From assembly GCA_002269645.1 (NCBI GenBank), contig NIVC01005250.1:1-17497 (forward strand): a stretch of DNA of 17,497 bases, written 5' to 3'. This DNA comes from Macrostomum lignano (taxonomy: Eukaryota). Shown here piece after piece: positions 1-9,517 of this stretch; the first letter of the stretch is position 1; the number at the start of each line of letters is the position of its first letter. A program made the translations under genes and the position numbers. The notes beneath the pieces are model-generated. The model was not told the DNA's origin, searched no databases, and worked only from the letters and a program-made list of their open reading frames with translations.

Positions 1-1249
1 ACTTATCAGAAAGAGCAGCTTATTTCAACCACTAATGCATCAAATATTGATAAAATCACATACATAAGTCTAAGAATTTATTTAGGCGGTTAGGCCTAAA
101 TGTAATCTAGTATTATACCTATCAGCATTACGATTATGTTGCTGTCGTAGTGTCGTGTAGAGTCTGTAGACCTAGGACAGTACACCGCCCCTTGACGATT
201 GGGTCTACACCAGAAGAAAAGTGGCAAGCAGATTGGATAAGCCTAGACATAGCATACAGCCTAGCCTCATTTCATGACAAAATATAGGCAACTGTTCAAA
301 ATTTCTCTTCGTACGTTTTGGAATTTTTATTACTTTGCTTTTACGGGGTTATTGACGGCGTTAGGCTTCGGTAACCTCTAACCTATAATTCTAAAATATC
401 TTAATTCAATAATTATTTAGTTAAATATTTTTGCACTTTGAACTTTGCATAAGGAATTATATTCAGCTGTAACGTCTTTTGCAGTTGTTTTTGTTAAAAC
501 TTTTCTCGCCTTACGCATTTTTAACCAAAATTTTCACAGGAATAACATGATCTAAAACTAAAACACTGACTAGTGACTACGGAATAAGGAATACGAAGGA
601 TGAAGTCATGATCGTGCTCGGTCGGCTAGGCCTAAGTCACGTTAAACTACGGAAATATTGTATTCAAAATTTTAAGCAGTGAACTTGTTCAAAAGTAGAC
701 TATTTCTGGAAAATAAATAATTTATGGTAATATAGGTCTTGCTTGCTATGCTAAGTGTGCTGTTGACTATTTATTAATTAGTGTCAACTGTCGTGTCAGT
801 CAATCATTATCATTGCTATTCATTGTGTCATGGATTGATGACTATATTACTTGAAATTTAAATACCTGTTACAAATTCACAATTGCTAACCTCATCATTT
901 TTTCATATTCTTATATGTGGTTGGCTTAAAGTCAAGGCCAAATATTAATGTTTTGTATTATTTATTTGGGACTGGCCTGGGCCTACTTATTATTTTATTT
1001 TGAATAAAATATACAGATTCTAAGCCTATTAAGTTATTTAAAAGTAAATTAAATGTGTCTACTCTAAAGATTATTTTGCAATGTTATTTTTAGGCCTAGT
1101 ATTAGCTTAGAATAAATTTATTTATTATATTTTTATTTTATATTTATATATAATTTTAGTCTGGTTTTAATTTTTATATACTACAATAATTTTAAATCAA
1201 TAGATTCACTAGGCTTATTAGGATTATTAAGTAAAGCTTTAAGTTTTGT

Positions 1250-1420
1250 CATGCTTGGGCGCAACCTTGGATTCACCCGGCCGTTTCTATTGGCAACACA
1301 CGCATGTAAGTCGCTATTGGCTGAGAGCAGTCACGTGACTACTGTTCTGTCCAATAGCGACTTACATGCGTGTGTTGCCAATAGAAACGGCCGAGTGAAT
1401 CCCAAAGTTGCGCATGTATG
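1250..1420. mobile_element. 171-bp palindromic MITE-like non-autonomous DNA transposon with 8-bp TSD
   Basis: Perfect 43-bp inverted arms at 1278-1320 and 1351-1393, extending imperfectly to 1259/1413. Central 12-bp palindrome AGTCACGTGACT (1329-1340). Ends read CAT...ATG. Flanking direct repeat AGTTTTGT at 1242-1249 and 1421-1428. Confidence 0.8.
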
Positions 1421-1467
1421 AGTTTTGTCATAAAAAGCAAGAATTCAATCTATTGCAAAAATATAAA

Positions 1468-2087
1468 GGTCTGCGGTCATTTCGTCTTCCGCCTTTTCGT
1501 CTGCCAAAGAATTTTAGCAGACGAAACGACTTTTTATTTATGTTTATTTTGGTTCACTTATTTAGTATTTTTTATGTAGGGAATTAAAATAAATTAGTAT
1601 AAGCAAGTTTTAAGTATGTTTTCTTATTTATATTGATACATTTTGTTTTTCTTCATTTTCTACGAAACCTAACTAACCTATATAATACTTTCGACGCATC
1701 GATGCGTGTGTGCCTACAATTTCGATTGCTCCTTACATTTTAAACTTTGTGCATTTAAGCTAGTTGTATTCGTGAATAAATTGCATATGAGTTTACATAC
1801 ACGAAAAAAAGAAAGTTGGAAGGAAACTAAACGGTTGGAGATATTTGCTTCTGGCTTTGTGTATTTATATGCAACAAATTAGCTCCGGAACTTTCAGAAA
1901 AATCCTAGCATTATAATAAATTACAATTAATAAGACATTTACATTACACTTCCATACGAAGCTTGATGACATAATTAGTTATTCCGATTTATATATTATA
2001 TATATTGGCAGACGAAACGACTTTATCGTATATTGGCAGACGAAAAGGCGGCAGACGAAAAGGCGGCAGACGAAATGACCGTCAACC
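1468..2087. mobile_element. 620-bp MITE-like element with GG-terminated TIRs built from 15-bp sub-repeats and 8-bp TSD
   Basis: Left end GGTCTGCGGTCATTTCGTCTTCCGCCTTTTCGTCTGCCAA (1468-1507) matches the reverse complement of the right end ...GGCAGACGAAAAGGCGGCAGACGAAATGACCGTCAACC (ends 2087). AATATAAA flanks both sides (1460-1467, 2088-2095). The interior is AT-rich and non-coding. Confidence 0.8.
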
Positions 2088-3194
2088 AATATAAATTATA
2101 CTATGGGGCCTTTTTTATTAAAATTCTTTGTATATTCTATTTATTTGAAATCTCATTCAGATATATTATTCCTTAGTATTTATAGGCTAAATATAAACTA
2201 TTTATACTTGTTTTGTTTTAGACTATGTATATTTATATTGTGTTATATATGCAAGTGTTGCAAGTGTATAGGCTTATAGCTATGTTATTTTCAACCTAGT
2301 CTTAGTATAATATTGTATTACAACTCTATTGGCTTTTATAATTGTTGTATAGGCCTACTATTGCACTTTGCAATACTAGGCATACTTATATAATTTTTGA
2401 ATCATACTCGAAGTATGCAAGTGAAAAAACCTAGTTTCAAAAGTATGGCATAGGCCTATAGCATAGTCAAATAAATTGCTATTTAGCTTAGCTAAATCTT
2501 ATTTAAAAGTATAAACAAAATGATTTCTATAAATGAAAATAAGTTTAATTGAATAAGTCCACATTTAATCTGCTTATTAGCCGTGTATAGCTTGTATTAA
2601 TATGATTTGAATAGTTCTAATATAGGTATAAACTTGTTTGTATTGTATGCAAATGGCTATTATACTTTTAAATACTCGTATTTTAACATTCTAAATATAT
2701 ATTTATATAATTGAGGAAGTGTGGCTTGGCTAACAAATAATAGGAAAATAAGCGTCAACAAAAACATAAAATAAAATTTTTCTTTTTAGCCAATGCGTTT
2801 TGTCAAACACAAGACATTGTCAAGGCAAATTCAACTAACCTTAATTTTCAGCACTAATATATTTAAGCAAAACAAACTGTACAGTCCAAAGGCGGGTCAA
2901 AACAGTCTAGTAGAATTTAGTCTAGAATCTAGTAGAAGTACATAACAAAGGAACAGAGAGAGAAAAATAGGCATGGCTCTGCTCATAGTACTCTTAGCTC
3001 ATGCTCTACCCCATTGCTAGCAAGCTGTACATTTAAGTTGGGTTTCTGCATTCTGATATAAGAAGCTTCAATAATCTTAAGCTTATGGTCAAATTTGCAC
3101 CCATCCATTATATAATTGAATTTATGATAAACTTTGCCCATAAGGCTTCTATACTTGGAGTCTTATAAAGCAGAATTGAAGCCAGACTGCAGCA

Positions 3195-3414
3195 ATGCAG
3201 CTGTTGGAGTTGCCATTGTCATTGGCATTTCTGCTACTTATAATTAACCATCAATGTTCTGGTGATACTTCTATTCGTTTAATACAGATTTGTCAGGGCA
3301 AGTCTGACAGGACAAACAGATTCAATATAACTGCTAACAGCTCTGAAAAGATTACTTTTACATTAAGTGGTTATGAATCATTGACTCAATGCATTCTGCG
3401 AGTCAGGGCTAGTG
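3195..3414 (+). CDS. Probable first coding exon of a secreted or membrane protein (signal peptide plus start of a Cys-containing extracellular domain); partial gene
   Basis: ATG with purine at -3 (GCAATG). Hydrophobic N-terminus MQLLELPLSLAFLLLIINHQCSG followed by polar sequence with N-glycosylation sequons NIT and NSS and two further Cys. The frame runs into the consensus donor G|GTGAGT at 3415 (phase 1). No downstream exon is seen in the window. Confidence 0.6.
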
Positions 3415-3420
3415 GTGAGT
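3415..3420 (+). promoter_or_regulatory. 5' splice donor GTGAGT
   Basis: Exact metazoan donor consensus directly after the putative exon, followed by a T-rich tract. Confidence 0.6.
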
Positions 3421-3509
3421 GTTAGTTTTTGTTTCATTTGAACTTGTTACTAGCTTGCAGATCACATATTTGAGACAACGGCCAGGACACTTCAGACAAA
3501 GACTAGGAC

Positions 3510-3807
3510 TAATGTCTGCCTTAGCGTGTCTTACTGTTTTTCTCAGTGTGTCCTGATGTCTGTCCCAGTGTGTCCTAATCTTTGTCTTAGTGTGTCCTAA
3601 TGTCTGTCAGTGTTTCCTAATGTCTGTGTCAGTGTGTCTTAATGTCTGTCTCAGTGTGTCCTAATGTCTGTGTCAGTGTGTCTTAATGTCTGTCTCAGTG
3701 TGTCCTAATATCTGTGTCAGTGTGTCTTAATGTCTGTGTCAGTGTGTCTTAATGTCTGTCTCATTGTGTCCTAATGTCTGTCCCAGTATGTCTTAATGTT
3801 TGTCTCA
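3510..3807. repeat. Satellite A, block 1 (22-bp unit CAGTGTGTCCTAATGTCTGTCT)
   Basis: About 13 tandem units, degenerate at the left edge. Ends ...GTTTGTCTCA at the element junction. Confidence 0.95.
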
Positions 3808-4058
3808 TCACAATATACTAAATCTCTAAGATCTGACCGGTATTTCAGTCTACAGCCTGAATGCCTGAACCGATTTTCTTCAAACTTGCTTTATTCAACT
3901 CAAAATTCTTGTGAGATTGTGTGGTTGTAATTGCATTGAAAAATTCGAATGGGAAGATGATTAAAAATTCAAAAAATCCAATATACTAAAAATGAAAATC
4001 TTGCTTGCTTGTAATCGATTAGAGAAAAAATGGCTGGACCGATTTTGTTCGAACTTGC
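3808..4058 (+). repeat. Two tandem Helitron-type 5' termini 169 bp apart
   Basis: TC+(A)CAATATACTAAA at 3808 and 3977. CTGAACCGATTTTCTTCAAACTTGC (3865-3889) versus CTGGACCGATTTTGTTCGAACTTGC (4034-4058): 22/25 identical, both 57 nt after their TC. Confidence 0.7.
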
Positions 4059-4586
4059 ACTGTTCGATCAGAAATTTTCCCGTGACTGTACATGCATCGT
4101 GGCTAAGAAATTGCTCGATGCTAAAGGCATTAAATATTCGAAAAACATGCTTTTTTGCAAAGGTCAAGCAAACTTTTCGACTTGAAATGCATTGTAAGAA
4201 TGCTAGAGAAAAAACTGACTGGTTGAATTCTGATTCTGAAATAGATTGCATCATAACTGAATTGTACCTCCGACTTGAATTGAAAATACAGTGTGGAAGC
4301 GTAGCACCAGACTTGATTTAAATTGCGTAACCATATTGTTAACTGATACTGACTGACTGAGAAACTGATTATGTCATAACTGCTTCGTGTGATTTACTCT
4401 ATGCTTGGATTTTAAAGTGTTGAATTATATAAGTGCAAAATTTGATGTTATCAAAACGATGAGAGCTAGCCTAGAGGTGAACAAACTGAACTGCCAAATG
4501 CAGCGACGATGGTTCGAATTTTCATAGAGTACAATTTTTTTAATTAAAGCTTTTCAACGTCAGGAAAACTAAAAGACTTTTTAAAA

Positions 4587-7500
4587 AGAAGCATCATGTA
4601 AAAAATCATAGAAGCGTCATATAAAAATCATAGAAGCGTCATGTAAAAAATCATAGAAGTGTCATGTAAACAATCATAGAAGCGTCATGTAAAAAATCAT
4701 AGAAGCGTCATGTAAAAAATCATAGAAGCGTCATGTAAACAATCATAGAAGCGTCATGTAAACAATCATAGAAGCGTCATTTAAAAAATCATAGAAGCGC
4801 CATGTAAAAAATCGTAGAAGCGTTACATAAAAATCATAGAAGCGTCATTTTAAAAAATCATAGAAGCGTTGTGTAAACAGTCATAGAAGCGTCATGTAAA
4901 CAATCATAGAAGCGTCATTTTTAAAAAATAATAGAAGCGTCATGTAAACAATCATAGAAAAGTCATGTAAAAAATCATAGAAGCGTCATGTAAACAATCA
5001 TAGAAGCGTCATGTAAACAATCATAGAAGCGTCATGTAAACAATCATAGAAGCGTCATGTAAACAATCCTAGAAGCGTCATGTAAACAATCATAGAAACG
5101 TAATGTAAACAATCATAGAAGCGTCACGAAACAATCATAGAAGCGTCATGTAAACAACCATAGAAGCGTCATGTAAAAATCATAGAAGCGTCATGTAAAA
5201 ATCATAGAAGCGTCATGAAGCAATCATAGAAGCGTCATGTAAAAATCATAAAAGCGTCATGTAAACAATCATAGAAGCGTCATGTAAACAATCATAGAAG
5301 CGTCATGTAAACAATCATAGAAGCGTCATGTAAACAATCCTAGAAGCGTCATGTAAACAATCATAGAAGCGTCATGTAAACAATCATAGAAGCGTCATGT
5401 AAACAATCATAGAAACGTAATGTAAACAATCATAGAAGCGTCACGAAACAATCATAGAAGCGTCATGTAAACAATCATAGAAGCGTCATGTAAACAATCA
5501 TAGAAGCGTCATGTAAACAATCATAGAAGCGTCATGAAGCAATCATAGAAGCGTCATGTAAAAATCATAAAAGCGTCATGTAAACAATCATAGAAGCGTC
5601 ATGTAAACAATCATAGAAGCGTCATGTAAAAATCATAGAAGCGTCATGTAAACAATCATAGAAGCGTCATGTAAACAATCATAGAAGCGTCATGTAAAAA
5701 ATCGTAGAAGCGTCATTTTTAAAAAATCATAAAAGCGTCATGTAAACAATCATAAAGCGTCATGTAAACAATCATAGAAGCGTCATGTAAACAATCATAG
5801 AAGCGTCATGTAAACAATCATAGAAGCGTCATGTAAACAATCATAGAAGCGTCATGTAAACAATCATAGAAGCGTCATGTAAACAATCATAGAAGCGTCA
5901 TGAAAAAATCATAGAAGCGTCATATAAAAATCATAGAAGCGTCATGTAAAAAATCATAGAAGCGTCATGTAAACAATCATAGAAGCGTCATGTAAACAAT
6001 CATAGAAGCGTCATGTAAACAATCATAGAAGCGTCATGTAAACAATCATACAAGCGCCATGTAAAAAATCATAAAAGCGTCATGTAAACAATCATAGAAG
6101 CGTCATGTAAAAAATCGTAGAAGCGTCATGTAAAAAATCTTAGAAGCGTCATGTAAACAATCATAGAAGCGTCATGTAAACAATCATAGAAGCGTCATGT
6201 AAAAAATCTTAGAAGCGTCATGTAAACAATCATAGAAGCGTCATGTAAACAATCATAGAAGCGTCATGTAAAAAATCATAGAAGCGTACTGTAAACAATC
6301 ATAGAAGCGTCATGTAAACAATCATAGAAGCGTCATGTAAACAATCATAGAAGCGTCATGTAAACAATCATAGAAGCGTCATTTAAAAAATCATAGAAGC
6401 GCCATGTAAAAAATCGTAGAAGCGTTATATAAAAATCATAAAAGCGTCATTTTTAAAAAATCATAGAAGCGTTGTGTAAACAGTCATAGAAGCGTCATGT
6501 AAAAAATCATAGAAGCGTCATGTAAAAAATCATAGAAGCGTCATGTAAAAATCATAGAAGCGTCATGTAAAAATCATAGAAGCGTCATGTAAAAAATCGT
6601 AGAAGCGTCATGTAAAAAATCTTAGAAGCGTCATGTAAACAATCATAGAAGCGTCATGTAAACAATCATAGAAGCGTCATGTAAAAAATCGTAGAAGCGT
6701 CATGTAAAAAATCTTAGAAGCGTCATGTAAACAATCATAGAAGCGTCATGTAAACAATCATAGAAGCGTCATGTAAAAAATCGTAGAAGCGTCATGTAAA
6801 AAATCTTAGAAGCGTCATGTAAACAATCATAGAAGCGTCATGTAAACAATCATAGAAGCGTCATGTAAACAATCATAGAAGCGTCATGTAAACAATCATA
6901 GAAGCGTCATGTAAACAATCATAGAAGCGTCATGTAAACAATCATAGAAGCGTCATGAAAAAATCATAGAAGCGTCATATAAAAATCATAGAAGCGTCAT
7001 GTAAAAAATCATAGAAGCGTCATGTAAACAATCATAGAAGCGTCATGTAAACAATCATAGAAGCGTCATGTAAACAATCATAGAAGCGTCATGTAAACAA
7101 TCATACAAGCGTCATGTAAAAAATCATAAAGCGTCATGTAAACAATCATAAAGCGTCATGTAAAAAATCGTAGAAGCGTCATGTAAAAATCTTAGAAGCG
7201 TCATGTAAAAAATCATAGAAGCGTCATGTAAAAAATCATAGAAGCGTCATGTAAAAATCGTAGAAGCGTCATGTAAAAAATCTTAGAAGCGTCATGTAAA
7301 CAATCATAGAAGCGTCATGTAAACAATCATAGAAGCGTCATGTAAAAAATCGTAGAAGCGTCATGTAAAAAATCTAGAAGCGTCATGTAAACAATCATAG
7401 AAGCGTCATGTAAACAATCATAGAAGCGTCATGTAAAAATCGTAGAAGCGTCATGTAAAAAATCTAGAAGCGTCATGTAAACAATCATAGAAGCGTCATG

Positions 7501-8345
7501 TAAACAATCATAGAAGCGTCATGTAAACAATCATAGAAGCGTCATGTAAAAAATCTTAGAAGCGTCATGTAAAAATCATAGAAGCGTCATGTAAAAATCA
7601 TAAAGCGTCATGTAAACAATCATAGAAGCGTCATGTAAAAAATCTTAGAAGCGTCATGTAAACAATCATAGAAGCGTCATGTAAACAATCATAGAAGCGT
7701 CATGTAAACAATCATAGAAGCGTCATGTAAAAAATCGTAGAAGCGTCATGTAAACAATCATAGAAGCGTCATGTAAACAATCATAGAAGCGTCATGCAAA
7801 CAATCATAGAAGCGTCATGTAAAAAATCATAGAAGCGTCATGTAAAAAATCATAGAAGCGTCATGTAAACAATCATAGAAGCGTCATGTAAACAATCATA
7901 GAAGCGTCATGTAAAAATCATAGAAGCGTCATGTAAACAATCATAGAAGTCATGTAAAAATCATAGAAGCGTCATGTAAACAATCATAGAAGCGTCATGT
8001 AAACAATCATAGAAGCGTCATGTAAACAATCATAGAAGCGTCATGTAAACAATCATAGAAGCGTCATGTAAAAATCATAGAAGCGTCAAGAAAAAATCAT
8101 AGAAGCGTACTGTAAACAATCATAGAAGCGTCATGTAAACAATCATAGAAGCGTCATGTAAGCAATCATAGAAACGTCATATAAAAATCATAGAAGCGTC
8201 GTGTAAACAATCATAGAAGCGTCATGTAAAAAATCATAGAAGCGTCATGTAAAAATCATAGAAGCGTCAAGAAAAAATCATAGAAGCCTCATTTAAAAAT
8301 CATAGAAGCGTCATGTAAACAATCATAGAAGCGTCATGTAAAAAA
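4587..8345. repeat. Satellite B, array 1 (23-bp unit ATCATAGAAGCGTCATGTAAACA)
   Basis: About 3.76 kb, roughly 164 units, with AAACA/AAAAA and TCAT/TCGT/TCTT variants. Decays into related sequence to ~8430. Confidence 0.97.
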
Positions 8346-9239
8346 CTAATGAAAGTGTCATTTAAAAAATTAGGAAGCGTCACAGTAGAATAAAAGAAAC
8401 GTCATGTCAGACATGAAGGGTTCATGTAAAAATTAAATGCAACTACAATGCTGTGCTGGGGAGAAAAACTGAGACGTCAAGGCTCTCAGAGAATAACTGA
8501 GATTACGGGGGGGGGTTTCTGAGATGTCAAAGCAAAAGTCAGAAGCTACTTCAAAGTTCATGTACTTTACTCCATTTTTTTATTGCATTCTTTGTTGGCT
8601 TGTCACGGGGGGGGGCGCTGATAGAAGAAAAGTCATGTAAAAAATAAAAGTAGCACTATGTATACATAAAAGAAAAGTCATGTCGAAGTTAAAAGATTCA
8701 TTTGGGAATTGCTACGATGTCAAAGCTTGGTGGAAATCGTTATAGTGCTGTGATTCTTAAAGAAAGAATCACTAAAATGTTAAGGCTTAGGGGAGAAGAA
8801 TTGCTGAGATTTCAAGGCTTTAGGTTGGGTTAAAGTTAGGTTTAGGTCAGGTATGGGTTGAGGGTTATATTTTATCGGGTTTCAAGGTTAACAGGGGATT
8901 TTTTAGATTTCAAGGTTTATGGGGGCCATTGCTGACATGTCAAGGCTTACGGGGGGAATAGCTGAGATGTCAAGGCTCACGGGGGTATAAATGAGATTTC
9001 AAGGCTAAAGTCAGAAGCTACATGTAGTTTATTGAAAACTTTTTATTACATTATTTGATGCCTCCTCAGGGGAGGGATCGCTGATAAAAAAGCGTAATGT
9101 AAAAAATAAAAGAAGCTTCATGTCGAAGTTAAGAGATTCATTTGGGAATCCCTACGATGTTGAGGCTTGCAAGGAATCGCTATAATGCTGTAGTAGTGCT
9201 ATAATGACTCTTAGGGAGAATTACTGAAATTTCAATGCT

Positions 9240-9295
9240 TTAGGGTTAGGTTAGGGTTAGGGTTAGGGTTAGGGTTAGGCTAGGGTTAGGGTTAG
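9240..9295 (+). repeat. Interstitial telomere-like (TTAGGG)n tract, copy 1
   Basis: About 10 units: six TTAGGG, two TTAGG, one CTAGGG and a terminal TTAG. Confidence 0.9.
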
Positions 9296-9488
9296 AAGGT
9301 TGACAGATATTTTTAGATTTCCAAGGCTTATTGGGGGCATTGCTGAGATGTCAAGGGGGGAAGTTGATATGTTAAAGCTTGTGGGGGGGATAACTGACAT
9401 GTCAAGGCTTACAAGGTTTGACAGGAGATTTTTTAAGATTTCAAGGATACATGTAGCTTATTAAAAAAACGTGTATTGCATTTCTTTG

Positions 9489-9517
9489 GCTCCCCAACGG
9501 GGGGCGTAGATTGCTAG
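9489..9517 (+). terminator. Helitron 3' terminator (hairpin + CTAG), copy 1; a transposition terminator, not a transcription terminator
   Basis: 7-bp stem with one G:T pair, 3-nt loop, 8-nt spacer, then CTAG|T. Confidence 0.8.

Larger units (their letters stand above)
3808..9517 (+). mobile_element. Non-autonomous Helitron-like element, copy 1 (5710 bp), carrying satellite B
   Basis: Starts TC (3808) after host A (3807) and ends CTAG (9514-9517) before host T (9518). Hairpin GCTCCCC-AAC-GGGGGGC at 9489-9505 ends 12 nt before the 3' end. No TIR or TSD. The matching empty site is at 15507|15508. No RepHel ORF. Confidence 0.85.
8400..9517 (+). repeat. Diverged ~440-bp subterminal modules (one partial + two full) with a ~30-bp sub-repeat
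   Basis: CATGTCGAAGTTAA.AGATTCATTTGGGAAT at 8679 and 9119 (offset 440). TATT(G/A)CATT...G-rich...end cassette near 8581, 9044 and 9474. A 30-bp unit GCTGA(C/G)ATGTCAAGGCT(T/C)ACGGGGG at 8931 and 8961. Confidence 0.8.

Noticed and set aside
1-1240. Genes or RNA genes in the leftmost unique region
   Set aside because: No ORF in the track, no tRNA/rRNA-like structure recognised, and very AT-rich low-complexity sequence. Small exons cannot be excluded.
3164-3169. TATAAA upstream of the putative exon
   Set aside because: Only 26 nt before the ATG, which would leave essentially no 5' UTR. The motif is common in AT-rich DNA, and the nearby AAAG/GCAG could equally be a weak splice acceptor.
3808-3809. 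TC as a 2-bp target-site duplication (TC...TC at 3808 and 9518)
   Set aside because: Formally ambiguous, but there are no TIRs. The hairpin + CTAG end and the repeated inner TC start are better explained as a Helitron 5'-TC inserted at A|T.
3961-4254. 97/98-aa minus-strand ORF (and 9980-10276)
   Set aside because: Antisense overlap of the ORF above with no protein-like features. Its tolerance of the 3-bp net indel between copies is uninformative.
3992-4321. 109-aa + strand ORF (and its copy at 10014-10343)
   Set aside because: No recognisable domain and no Rep HUH or helicase motifs. It starts 15 nt inside the inner 5' terminus of a non-autonomous element. Identity between copies reflects the duplication, not selection.
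4441-4474. Hairpin TTTGAT-GTT-ATCAAA followed by CTAG twice, as a 3' end for an inner element starting at 3977
   Set aside because: The stem is short and AT-rich, neither CTAG is followed by the expected host T, and there is no evidence that the outer sequence resumes there.
4587-8345. Regulatory or structural role for satellite B (TGACGC half-CRE-like site, one CpG per unit, phased A-tracts)
   Set aside because: Short motifs are expected by chance in any monomer, and nothing in the sequence supports function.
9240-9295. True chromosome end or telomere fusion
   Set aside because: Only ~56 bp, single orientation, internal to a repeated module and flanked by homologous sequence on both sides.
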